From an uncultured virus (IMG/VR IMGVR_UViG_3300028129_000011) (lineage: Duplodnaviria; Heunggongvirae; Uroviricota; Caudoviricetes): a stretch of DNA of 64,000 bases. Location: the IMG/VR virus record IMGVR_UViG_3300028129_000011, one strand, 5' to 3'. The notes below the pieces were generated by a model. It had not been told where the DNA came from. It saw nothing but the letters and a program-made list of their open reading frames with translations, and ran no database searches. This document shows, in pieces, positions 28,714 through 38,584 of the stretch (position 1 is the first letter of the stretch; the number at the start of each line of letters is the position of its first letter). A program made the position numbers and the translations under genes.

Positions 28714-30270
28714 ATGTCAGATAAGATTGTTAAAAATCTTAACTTTGGTGATGATGCCAAGGTTAAAATATTTAAAGGTATAGATAAATTAACAAAAGCC
28801 GTCAGCTCCACTTTAGGAGCTGGTGGTCAATGTGTGATCTTAGAAGACGGAAACGGTAAACCTGTTATAACAAAAGACGGTGTAACTGTTGCTGATTCTG
28901 TAATCTTATTAGATCCTGTTGAAAATATGGGTGCTACGCTTCTAAAAGAAGCTGCTAGAAAAACTGTGAAAGAAGCTGGAGACGGAACAACAACAGCTAC
29001 AGTACTGGCACACTCAATATTAAGCACGGCTTATGAAGCTTCTAAAAAGAACAACATAAGGCTAATAAAAAACGGTATTGATTCAGCCGTAGAAAAAGTA
29101 ATAAAATACTTAGAAAATCAAAGTATAGAAGTTAGTGGAGACATGTTAATGGATGTAGCCGCTATAAGTTGTAACAATGACAAAGAACTTGGAAAAGTAA
29201 TAGGTGAAGCTTTTAAAGCTGCCGGCGATAATGGGGTTGTAGTAATGGAACCTACTGACACTGAGGATACAACATTTGAACTTGTTGATGGTGTTCAATA
29301 TGAAAAAGGTATTACAAATTCTCATTTCGTTACTAGCAATGAAAAAAGAGTTGCTGAATTAGAGAATCCATTAGTATTACTAGTTGAATCACCTGTTGAG
29401 TCTATTAGACAAATACAATCTGTTTTAGAGTATGTTATATCAAATAACAAATCTCTTTTAATAATAGGTGACCTAGATCCTAAGATAACAGCGACTTTAG
29501 CTATGAATAAAGTTAAAGGAAATATCAAGGTAAACGTTATCGATGCTCCAACATATGGAGTTAACAAAAAAGATACTTTATCTGATTTATCTGTTTTAAC
29601 TGGTGCAACAATAATAAATGAAGACCTTGGTGATGATCTAGAAATAATAAATCCAGACTTACTTGGTAGATGCGCTAAAAGTATAACTAGTGATTACGAA
29701 ACAATACTACAAGTTAACACTGAAACAGATGAAGTATTAAAGCTTATAGAAGAAGTTAAAAAACAATTAAAAGAAGCTAAAGCACCTGGTGAAGTTGTTA
29801 GATTAGAAAAAAGATTATCAAGACTATCAGGTAAAGTTGCTGTAGTAAAAGTAGGTGCAAACTCTGAAATAGAGTTAAAAGAAAAATCCGATAGAGTTGA
29901 AGACGCTATATGCGCAACAAAAGCAGCGGTAAAAGAAGGTATTGTAGCTGGTGGTGGTATTGCTCTTTTAGATGCTTGGTCAAATGTTAAACCTAATAAC
30001 ATAGGTGAAGAAGTGTTGTTAGAAGCTATTTTAGCGCCTTTTAAGAAGATTTTATCAAACGCTGGTGTTGATATGTCTATTTCAAAATATAATGGCTTAG
30101 GGATTGACGTAATGACTGGTGAAATGGTTAATATGGTAGAAAACGGTATTATAGATCCTTTACTTGTTACTAAAAGCGCTTTAAAAAACGCTGCTTCTGT
30201 AGCAACAACTATATTATCTACAGATTGTGTTATTAATAACTTAAGAGTTGGTGATGAAAGCGGTAGGTAA
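28714..30270 (+). CDS. groEL: Chaperonin GroEL
   Basis: ITKDGVTVA, AGDGTTTATVLA, EGIVAGGG, GIIDP..V. Confidence 0.95.
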   Translation: MSDKIVKNLNFGDDAKVKIFKGIDKLTKAVSSTLGAGGQCVILEDGNGKPVITKDGVTVADSVILLDPVENMGATLLKEAARKTVKEAGDGTTTATVLAHSILSTAYEASKKNNIRLIKNGIDSAVEKVIKYLENQSIEVSGDMLMDVAAISCNNDKELGKVIGEAFKAAGDNGVVVMEPTDTEDTTFELVDGVQYEKGITNSHFVTSNEKRVAELENPLVLLVESPVESIRQIQSVLEYVISNNKSLLIIGDLDPKITATLAMNKVKGNIKVNVIDAPTYGVNKKDTLSDLSVLTGATIINEDLGDDLEIINPDLLGRCAKSITSDYETILQVNTETDEVLKLIEEVKKQLKEAKAPGEVVRLEKRLSRLSGKVAVVKVGANSEIELKEKSDRVEDAICATKAAVKEGIVAGGGIALLDAWSNVKPNNIGEEVLLEAILAPFKKILSNAGVDMSISKYNGLGIDVMTGEMVNMVENGIIDPLLVTKSALKNAASVATTILSTDCVINNLRVGDESGR

Positions 30271-30517
30271 TAATATATTAATCGAGAAGATTAAAGAAGA
30301 GGCTATATCAAAAACTAAGGGTGGCTTACTACTTGCTAATAGTCAAAAGCAAGATGTTAGGTATAAACAAGCTACAGTTGTAAACTGTGGTGACTTGGTT
30401 AAAGGTGTTAAAAGTGGTGATTCTATTTATTACGATATGCATGCAGGTCATAGAATAGAAATTGATAAAAAAGTTTTTTATGTGATTACGCTTAGAGATG
30501 TTGTTGTCGTTTTATGA
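30254..30517 (+). CDS. groES: Co-chaperonin GroES
   Basis: KTKGGLLL mobile loop, VKSGD, follows groEL; likely start 30254. Confidence 0.85.
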   Translation: MKAVGNNILIEKIKEEAISKTKGGLLLANSQKQDVRYKQATVVNCGDLVKGVKSGDSIYYDMHAGHRIEIDKKVFYVITLRDVVVVL

Positions 30518-30957
30518 GGTTAGAAGCTAGTGACATAAGAGATATTAATCTTTTAAAACATTATAGAATAATACGTAAATGGGCTTGTAGAAATAATAAC
30601 TTAAGTGATGCTGATATAGAGCTTTTAATATATCTTGATTGTACAGATATGTTTACTAAAGAAGATTTTAAAACAGGTACGTATTCTTATAGTTGGGATA
30701 ATAGGAGATGGAATAGGTTGTTGAAAGAAGGTTGGATAACGGTTTGGCGTAAAAGAAATAGAACTACGCAAAAGTACCATATATATAAAGTTTCTTTTAA
30801 AGGTAAACAATTAATAAGTAGAATATACAGAATAATGCTAGGACATGAAGATATTCCTACAAGTACTAAAAGAAATAGTATTATGAAAGGCTTGACATAC
30901 ACAGATAAAGTATTAATAAAATCAATAAAAAACGTTAACAGGGATAAAAATAGATAA
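30514..30957 (+). CDS. Hypothetical protein, possibly winged-helix
   Basis: LSDADIELLIYL...LLKEGWI...YKVSFKG. Confidence 0.5.
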   Translation: MRLEASDIRDINLLKHYRIIRKWACRNNNLSDADIELLIYLDCTDMFTKEDFKTGTYSYSWDNRRWNRLLKEGWITVWRKRNRTTQKYHIYKVSFKGKQLISRIYRIMLGHEDIPTSTKRNSIMKGLTYTDKVLIKSIKNVNRDKNR

Positions 30958-30959
30958 TT

Positions 30960-32181
30960 ATGAATGAACAATATAAAATTGATCCATTAACTGGTAATCC
31001 AGTAGAGTATACTGTAACACCACCACAGCCTTCTAGTTTAGTATCTCCTTTTGGAGATAAAAGTATAGGTATTGGTAATGCGGTTATGGGTACAATTGAA
31101 CAAAGACAACAATCTCTAGGTAAAAATACGCCTTTTTTTAAAAAGAGTTGCGGAAGCTATAAAAAATAAAAATATGGAAAATATGAAACAAAAAGCACAA
31201 GGACAAGTAGGTGAAAATACTTTATGGGACGGACCTTTAAGTCAAGCGGGTAGACCTCACGCAAAAGGATCTAGCTCTGGAGCAAAAGGTATGAAATTAA
31301 AAGTAATGCAACCTTGTGGATGCGTTGGTGATTGTGGTTGTGGGCAATTGAACGGTCCTATAACTGGTAGAGCTAAAGGATAGAGTTATGCCTTACATTC
31401 AGTCAAGTAAAAGTCCTTTGTTAAAAGTAGACAAGTCTAAAATGCCTTGTAACAAGCCAAAAGCTCAAGTAAGTGGTGGTAAGTCGCATGTGGTAAAAGC
31501 TTGTGAAAACGGTAAGGAGAAAATAATTAGATTTGGTCAAGCAGGAGTTAGTGGTGCTGGAAAAAAGAAAGATGCTAAATCTAATGCTAGAAGAAAATCA
31601 TTTCAAGCTAGACACGCTAAAAACATTAAGAAAGGTAAAATGTCTGCAGCGTATTGGGCTAACAAAGTTAAATGGTAATATGGCTTTTAAACTAAGGAGT
31701 TCAGATAAGAAAATAGATAACACGCCTATATATAGAGTTGATATGGAAGATGGTGTTTTAGGTATGGCCAACAAAAATGGTTCTATACTTATAAATAAAA
31801 ATCTTTCACCTTTACAAGAGAAAAAAGTAATTGATCACGAAAAAATCCACGTAGATCAAATCAATAGAGGAGATTTAACTTATGATGATAAAAACGTTTA
31901 CTGGAAAGGTAAAAAGTATTCTAGAAAAAGCATGGACGAAGGTAACAGAAGACTTCCGTGGGAAAAAGAAGCATACGCTAAGAGTAAATAACTATAAATA
32001 AATAAACAAAGAAATGAAAAGTCCTTTTAAAATGAAACCAGGTAGAGGTAATATGCCTAAAACAGGTAAAGATATACCTTTAAATATGAAGTCTCCAGCG
32101 TATATGACAGATGGTCCTAGCGATAAAAAAGATCCAACAAAAATGGGTGATATACCTGGTAAAAAACTTAATAAAAAGTAA
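30960..32181 (+). other. Cluster of small basic proteins (30960-31169, 31174-31383, 31388-31678, 31680-31991 with HEKIH zincin motif, 32014-32181)
   Basis: Co-oriented; shared (S/T)P(F/L)K-like motifs; 32014-32181 translated by hand (MKSPFKMKPGRG...). Confidence 0.65.
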
Positions 32182-32580
32182 ATGAAAAAAATATTTCAAT
32201 GGCTTACCGGTGGTGTCATTAAAGATATTGGTGGCGTTATTGATAAGCTTACTACTACAGAAGAAGAAAAACTTTTAATTAAAAAACAAATACAAGAAAT
32301 ACTAGAAAAAGCTGATAGTGATGCTCAAGAGCAAGTCACCGAACGTTGGAAAGCTGATATGGCTAGTGATAGTTTCTTGTCTAAAAACATTAGACCTTTG
32401 GTTTTAGTGTTTTTAACGTTTGTTTTTACTATTTTAGCTTTCTTTGACGGGAATATTGGAGGATTCCAAGTAGCAGAGCAATATGTGCCTATATTTCAAT
32501 CTTTATTAATAACCGTATATGGAGCATACTTTGTAGGTAGGACTTGGGAAAAGAATAAAAAATCAGGTAATAATAAATAA
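32182..32580 (+). CDS. Holin (3TM/GTA-type)
   Basis: RWKADM.SDS.LSKNIRPL, TM segments, GAYFVGRTWEK. Confidence 0.75.
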   Translation: MKKIFQWLTGGVIKDIGGVIDKLTTTEEEKLLIKKQIQEILEKADSDAQEQVTERWKADMASDSFLSKNIRPLVLVFLTFVFTILAFFDGNIGGFQVAEQYVPIFQSLLITVYGAYFVGRTWEKNKKSGNNK

Positions 32581-33089
32581 ATGAAAACAATTAAATTAAA
32601 TCAAATGGAAAACAAGATTACAGAAGAAGAGTTAAAACAGTTAGTAAGTTTAAAAAGTAAACAAGATCAAGCTGTGTTTCAAGTTGGGGTGTTAGAATCT
32701 CAAAAACATCAAGTATTACACGCTTTAGCTGGAGTTGATCAAGAAATTGAAGAAAATAAAAAAGCTTTAGAAAACAAATACGGTAAAGTCAGTATTAATC
32801 TACAAGATGGTACTTACGAGGAAATCGTTGAAGAAGCTGAAGAAGTTAAAGATTAGTAAAAATGTCTACTGTTATAAGAAAAATAAGCATAGGCGCGGAT
32901 TATAAGAACGAAGCTATGCATTATTCAGTTAACCAAAATGTTTATGGTGGACACGAAATATGCAGTATACTTTATGACGAATCTGATTGCTCTTATAACA
33001 TATACATTAAGAAAAACAACGAGGTAATGCCATGGAAGAAATTTAATTCTAACATGGCAATATCTGTTGAGTATGATTTAGAGTATTAA
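32581..33089 (+). other. Two small hypothetical genes (32581-32856 coiled coil; 32862-33089)
   Basis: ORF track; operonic spacing. Confidence 0.65.
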
Positions 33090-33694
33090 TGAGAAGTGTT
33101 TTTGATTTTATAGTAGAACCAGTTAATGGTAGATACGATAATGAAGTTAAAATTGGTGATAAAAAACTAATTACAAACTCTAACATAGAAAACTTTAAAT
33201 TCATTAGCAGAGAAGCTATAGTAATATCTACACCAACAGCTTTTAAATCACCTATAAAAAAAGGTGATATAATAGTAATACATCATAACGTATTCAGAAG
33301 ATATTACAATCAAAAGGGTAAAGCTGTAGACAGTAGTAAGCTATTCAAAGATAATACATACTTCTGTCAACCAGATCAAATTTATCTATACAAAAGTAAA
33401 GATAAATGGAAAGCTGTAGGTAATAGGTGTTTTGTAATGCCTATAAAAAATACTGATCCATTCTCTCTAGATAAAGAGCAAAAATGTATTGGTATATTAA
33501 AAATCGGTAATAGTTCGCTAGAAGATCTAGAAATAACCGAGGGAGACTTAGTCAGCTATAAACAAAATAGAGAGTTTGAGTTTGTTATAGATGGCATGAG
33601 AGTTTACTGTATGGAATCAAATGATATTTTATTAAAGCATGAATACAAAGGAGACGAAGAAGAATATAATCCAAGCTGGGCAAAAAGCAGTTGA
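33089..33694 (+). CDS. Tandem GroES-like domain protein
   Basis: Two GroES-like units (IVEP...IKKGDIIV; FVMP...ITEGDLV...IDG..VY.M..NDIL). Confidence 0.55.
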   Translation: MRSVFDFIVEPVNGRYDNEVKIGDKKLITNSNIENFKFISREAIVISTPTAFKSPIKKGDIIVIHHNVFRRYYNQKGKAVDSSKLFKDNTYFCQPDQIYLYKSKDKWKAVGNRCFVMPIKNTDPFSLDKEQKCIGILKIGNSSLEDLEITEGDLVSYKQNREFEFVIDGMRVYCMESNDILLKHEYKGDEEEYNPSWAKSS

Positions 33695-33914
33695 GGAACT
33701 TATAAAAGTAGCTAAAGAAGCTATTGTAGATTCTGATGACGACATAAGTGCTGATAGATTAAAAAACGCAGCCGCTACTAAAAAACTAGCTATATTCGAT
33801 GCTTTTGAAATATTGAGCCGTATAGAAGAGGAAGAGAATTTACTAAAAGAAAAACCTAAAGATACTGAGAACAAAAAAGTGTTTAGAGGTTTTGCAGAAG
33901 GAAGATCTAAGTAA
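33639..33914 (+). CDS. Putative terminase small subunit
   Basis: Helical protein coupled (TAATG) to TerL. Confidence 0.5.
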   Translation: MNTKETKKNIIQAGQKAVEELIKVAKEAIVDSDDDISADRLKNAAATKKLAIFDAFEILSRIEEEENLLKEKPKDTENKKVFRGFAEGRSK

Positions 33915-36136
33915 TGTACGAACAAACTCTTGTAAAGACATTAAAAGAACACATAAAGCCTTCTATATTAAAAAGAAACAACAGATATAAGAAGTGGAAG
34001 TATGGTTATGATGCTGAACACGACGTTGTTATAATAAGTAAAGACGGAACTGTAGGTGAAGTTATAGAAATACAAAATCTAAAAATAGCTCTACCTAAAG
34101 CACCTAAAGAAGTTTACAGCTGTTCTGATATTAAAAAAGAACAGATGTGGAAGAGGTTAGAATACCCTAAGGAACTTTCTAGAATTAAAAGCGTTTTCGA
34201 TTGGGAGAAGCGAAGTGATGATTTCAAAGAAAGTTGGTATGATTATATAGATACAGAGTTCAATAGACGTGAACAAGGTTTTTGGTTTAAGAACAACGGA
34301 AAATCAACATACCTAACTGGTACACACTATATGTACTTACAATGGTCCAAAATAGATGTTGGTTATGCTGACTTTAGAGAATCAAATAGATTGTTTTTTA
34401 TATTTTGGGAAGCTTGTAAAGCTGATATTAGATGTTATGGTATGTGCTATTTGAAGAACAGACGTTCTGGATTTAGTTTTATGTCTTCGTCAGAATCAGT
34501 TAATCAAGCCACAATGTCTTCAGATGCTAGATTCGGTATATTATCTAAATCTGGTGCTGATGCAAAGAAAATGTTTACAGATAAGGTTGTACCTATTAGT
34601 ATAAACTATCCATTCTTTTTTAAACCGATACAAGACGGTATGGATCGACCTAAAACTGAATTAGCTTATAGAGTTCCAGCTTCTAAATTAACTAGAAGAA
34701 AACTAAACGAAGGTGTTGAAGAAATAGAGTTAGACGGATTAGATACAACAATTGACTGGAAAAACACAGGTGATAACTCTTATGATGGTGAAAAACTAAG
34801 ATTACTAGTTCATGATGAAAGTGGTAAATGGGAGAGACCTGATAACATATTAAATAACTGGCGAGTTACAAAAACTTGTTTGCGATTAGGTAGTAGAATT
34901 GTTGGTAAGTGTATGATGGGTTCAACATCAAACGCTTTAGATAAAGGAGGTAAGAATTTTAAAAAATTATATTATGCATCAGACGTCACAAGTAGAAACC
35001 GCAATGGCCAGACTAGCTCAGGATTATATAGTTTGTTCATACCTATGGAATGGAACTACGAAGGATTCATTGATGCTTATGGCGTACCAGTCTTCAATAA
35101 ACCAAAAGGGGAGGTTTTAGATTCTAACGGTGATACTATATCTCAAGGAGTTATAGAACATTGGGAAAACGAAGTTGAAGGATTAAAAAATGATCAAGAC
35201 GGATTAAACGAATACTATCGTCAGTTTCCAAGAACGGAAAAACACGCTTTTAGAGATGAGGCTAAACTATCTTTGTTTAATTTAACTAAAATATACGAAC
35301 AGATAGATTATAATGAAGACTTAAACAATAGTAAACAAGTTACTGCAGGTAGTTTTCAATGGGTTAATGGAGTTAAAGATACTAAAGTACAGTTTATACC
35401 TAACAAAGATGGTAGATTTTTAGTTACTTGGATCCCTAAAGCTGAATTACAGAATAAAGTTATAATTAAAAATGGCGTAAAATACCCTGGTAACGAGCAT
35501 GTTGGCGCTTTTGGTTGTGATAGTTACGATATATCAGGTACTGTAGATAGTAGAGGTTCTAAAGGTTCTTTACACGGTTTAACTAAGTTTAGTATGGAAG
35601 ATGCTCCTGCTAATATGTTTTTTTTAGAGTACATAGCTAGACCTCAAACTGCTGAGATATTTTTTGAAGATATATTAATGGCTTGTGTTTTTTATGGAAT
35701 GCCAATACTAGCTGAAAATAACAAACCTAGACTTTTGTATTATTTTAAAAGAAGAGGTTACAGAGGATTTTCAATAAATAGACCAGATAAAATATATTCA
35801 AAGCTATCTGTTACAGAAAAAGAAATAGGTGGAATACCTAACTCTAGCGAAGATATTAAACAAGCTCACGCTGCAGCTATAGAATCTTATATAAATGATT
35901 TTATAGGTGCAACTGAAAGAGGTTACGGTCAAATGTATTTTCAAAGAACATTAGAAGATTGGTCGAGGTTTGATATAAATAATAGAACAAAGTTTGATGC
36001 AACTATAAGTTCTGGTTTAGCTATAATGGCTTGTAATAAAAATAAATACACACCGGTGTACAAACAAAACAAAAGTAAACCTGTTTTAAATTTTAAGAAA
36101 TACGACAACAAAGGATATACTTCAAAAATAATATAA
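33914..36136 (+). CDS. terL: Terminase large subunit
   Basis: KNRRSGFS Walker A variant, LVHDESGK Walker B, GCDSYD nuclease, LAENN, FDA.IS. Confidence 0.9.
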   Translation: MYEQTLVKTLKEHIKPSILKRNNRYKKWKYGYDAEHDVVIISKDGTVGEVIEIQNLKIALPKAPKEVYSCSDIKKEQMWKRLEYPKELSRIKSVFDWEKRSDDFKESWYDYIDTEFNRREQGFWFKNNGKSTYLTGTHYMYLQWSKIDVGYADFRESNRLFFIFWEACKADIRCYGMCYLKNRRSGFSFMSSSESVNQATMSSDARFGILSKSGADAKKMFTDKVVPISINYPFFFKPIQDGMDRPKTELAYRVPASKLTRRKLNEGVEEIELDGLDTTIDWKNTGDNSYDGEKLRLLVHDESGKWERPDNILNNWRVTKTCLRLGSRIVGKCMMGSTSNALDKGGKNFKKLYYASDVTSRNRNGQTSSGLYSLFIPMEWNYEGFIDAYGVPVFNKPKGEVLDSNGDTISQGVIEHWENEVEGLKNDQDGLNEYYRQFPRTEKHAFRDEAKLSLFNLTKIYEQIDYNEDLNNSKQVTAGSFQWVNGVKDTKVQFIPNKDGRFLVTWIPKAELQNKVIIKNGVKYPGNEHVGAFGCDSYDISGTVDSRGSKGSLHGLTKFSMEDAPANMFFLEYIARPQTAEIFFEDILMACVFYGMPILAENNKPRLLYYFKRRGYRGFSINRPDKIYSKLSVTEKEIGGIPNSSEDIKQAHAAAIESYINDFIGATERGYGQMYFQRTLEDWSRFDINNRTKFDATISSGLAIMACNKNKYTPVYKQNKSKPVLNFKKYDNKGYTSKII

Positions 36137-36139
36137 TAA

Positions 36140-38557
36140 ATGATTTATAAAAGTGTAAATAGTTCTTTCCCTAGTCAGGTAGTACCTGATGCAGAAAAGC
36201 AAACTCTAGAATATGGTTATGAAGTAGGTAGAGCTATAGAAAATGAATGGTTTCGTGGTGACCGTGGTTCTGGTGCTGGTGGTAGGTTTGGTAATAACTG
36301 GCAAAACTTTCATAGATTACGTTTATATGCTAGAGGAGAACAATCTGTTCAAAAATATAAAGATGAATTATCTGTTAATGGTGATTTATCTTATCTTAAT
36401 TTAGATTGGCAACCTGTTGCTGTTTTATCTAAGTTCGTTGACATTGTAGTTAACGGTATGGTTGATAAAGGTTACAAAATAAAAACATTTGCAACTGATC
36501 CAGTTGCTATGAAACAGAAAACAGATTTTGCCGCTAACGTATTAAGAGATATTCAAGCTAAAGAATTATTAGAAGAATTAAAACAAAAGGTAGGTTTAGA
36601 CTTATACGCGAGTAATGATCCTGATAACTTACCAGAAACAAGAGAAGATTTAGACTTATATATACAACTTAACTACAAGCAAAGTATAGAGATAGCAGAA
36701 GAAGAGGTTATAGATAACGTATTAGAGTTTAATAGATATGAAGAAATAAAAAAGAGAGTTGCTCAAGATTTAACTATATTAGGTATTGGAGCTACAAAAA
36801 CTAGTTTTAATTTATCAGAGGGTGTTACTGTAGATTACGTTGATCCAGCTAATTTAGTTTATTCATATACAGAAGATCCTAACTTTGATGATATATATTA
36901 CGTTGGTGAAGTTAAAAGTGTTTCTTTACAAGAACTTAAAAAAGAATTTTCACATCTTACAGACTCTGACTTAGAGGAAATACAAAAAACATCTCCAGTA
37001 TCTAGTTACAATAGACAGTATAGTGGTCAAGACGATAACTATGATAATGTTCAAGTTTTATACTTTGAATATAAAACGTACTCTAATCAAGTTTTTAAAA
37101 TAAAGAAAACTGATCAAGGCTTAGAAAAAGCTTTAGAAAAACCAGATACTTTTAACCCGCCAGAAAACGATAATTTCGAAAAGGTTAGTAGATCTATTGA
37201 AGTTTTATATTCTGGTGCTAAGATTCTTGGTCAAGACAAAATGTTAGAATGGAAGCTAGCTGAAAATATGACTAGACCATACAGTGATCAAACTAGAGTT
37301 GAAATGAATTATTGTATTTCTGCTCCTAGAATGTACAAAGGTCGTATTGATAGCTTAGTTAGTAAGTGTATTGGCTTTGCTGATATGATTCAGATAACAC
37401 ATTTAAAGATACAGCAAGTTTTATCTAAAATGGTTCCTGATGGTGTATTTGTAGACGTTGATGGTTTAGCTGAGGTTGACTTAGGTAATGGAACATCATA
37501 CAATGCACAAGAAGCTCTTAATATGTATTTCCAAACTGGTAGTATAGTTGGTAGATCTTTAACTCAAGACGGTGATCCTAACAGAGGTAAAGTACCTATT
37601 CAAGAATTACAATCATCATCTGGAATTAATAAGATACAAGCATTAATACAGACTTATCAGTATTATTTACAAATGATAAGGGATGTTACTGGGTTAAATG
37701 AAGCTAGAGATGGTAGTATGCCAGCTAAAGATTCTTTAGTAGGATTACAGAAGTTAGCCGCTGCTAATTCTAATACTGCTACAAAACATATATTACAATC
37801 TTTAATGTACATTACATTAAGAACATGTGAAAATATAAGTTTAAGAGTTGCTGACGCTTTAGATTTCCCTCTAACTAAAAACGCTTTAATGAATGCTATA
37901 AATTCTGTTAACACTGCGACATTAGAAGAAATATCTGAATTAAACCTTCATGAGTTTGGTATATTCTTAGATTTAGAACCAGATGAAGAAGACAAGCAGA
38001 TGTTAGAGCAAAATATACAAATTGCTTTACAGACGCAGAGTATAGATTTAAGTGACGCTATAGATATACGAGATATTAAAAATATAAAACTAGCTAATCA
38101 ATATTTAAAACATAAGCAAGAGCTTAAAAGAAAACAAAGATTAGAAGAACAGCAAGCAAATATACAAGCACAAGCTCAAGCGAATGCTGAAGCTGCTGAA
38201 AAAGCTGCTATGGCAGAAGTTCAAAAACGACAAGCTATGGCTGAAACCGAGTTACAGATAGAGCAAGGTAAGTCTCAGTTTAAGATACAGCAAATGCAAC
38301 AAGAAGCTGAGATAAAGAAACAATTAATGGCTGAGGAGTTTAACTATCAAATGCAACTAGCTCAAGTTACAGCAAATGCTCAAATGAATAAAGAGCAAGA
38401 AAAAGAAGATAGAAAAGATAAAAGAACTAAGATACAAGCTACACAGCAATCTCAGTTAATAGATCAAAGAAAAAATGATACTATGCCTAAAGATTTTGAA
38501 TCATCAGGTAATGATGTTTTAGGTGGATTTGACTTAGGATCTTTTGAACCAAAATAA
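36140..38557 (+). CDS. Portal protein
   Basis: 805 aa after TerL; YLNLDW.PV, RDVTGLNEARDG, Q-rich coiled-coil C-terminus. Confidence 0.85.
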   Translation: MIYKSVNSSFPSQVVPDAEKQTLEYGYEVGRAIENEWFRGDRGSGAGGRFGNNWQNFHRLRLYARGEQSVQKYKDELSVNGDLSYLNLDWQPVAVLSKFVDIVVNGMVDKGYKIKTFATDPVAMKQKTDFAANVLRDIQAKELLEELKQKVGLDLYASNDPDNLPETREDLDLYIQLNYKQSIEIAEEEVIDNVLEFNRYEEIKKRVAQDLTILGIGATKTSFNLSEGVTVDYVDPANLVYSYTEDPNFDDIYYVGEVKSVSLQELKKEFSHLTDSDLEEIQKTSPVSSYNRQYSGQDDNYDNVQVLYFEYKTYSNQVFKIKKTDQGLEKALEKPDTFNPPENDNFEKVSRSIEVLYSGAKILGQDKMLEWKLAENMTRPYSDQTRVEMNYCISAPRMYKGRIDSLVSKCIGFADMIQITHLKIQQVLSKMVPDGVFVDVDGLAEVDLGNGTSYNAQEALNMYFQTGSIVGRSLTQDGDPNRGKVPIQELQSSSGINKIQALIQTYQYYLQMIRDVTGLNEARDGSMPAKDSLVGLQKLAAANSNTATKHILQSLMYITLRTCENISLRVADALDFPLTKNALMNAINSVNTATLEEISELNLHEFGIFLDLEPDEEDKQMLEQNIQIALQTQSIDLSDAIDIRDIKNIKLANQYLKHKQELKRKQRLEEQQANIQAQAQANAEAAEKAAMAEVQKRQAMAETELQIEQGKSQFKIQQMQQEAEIKKQLMAEEFNYQMQLAQVTANAQMNKEQEKEDRKDKRTKIQATQQSQLIDQRKNDTMPKDFESSGNDVLGGFDLGSFEPK

Positions 38558-38584
38558 AAACAAATTATTTAATTATATTATATT

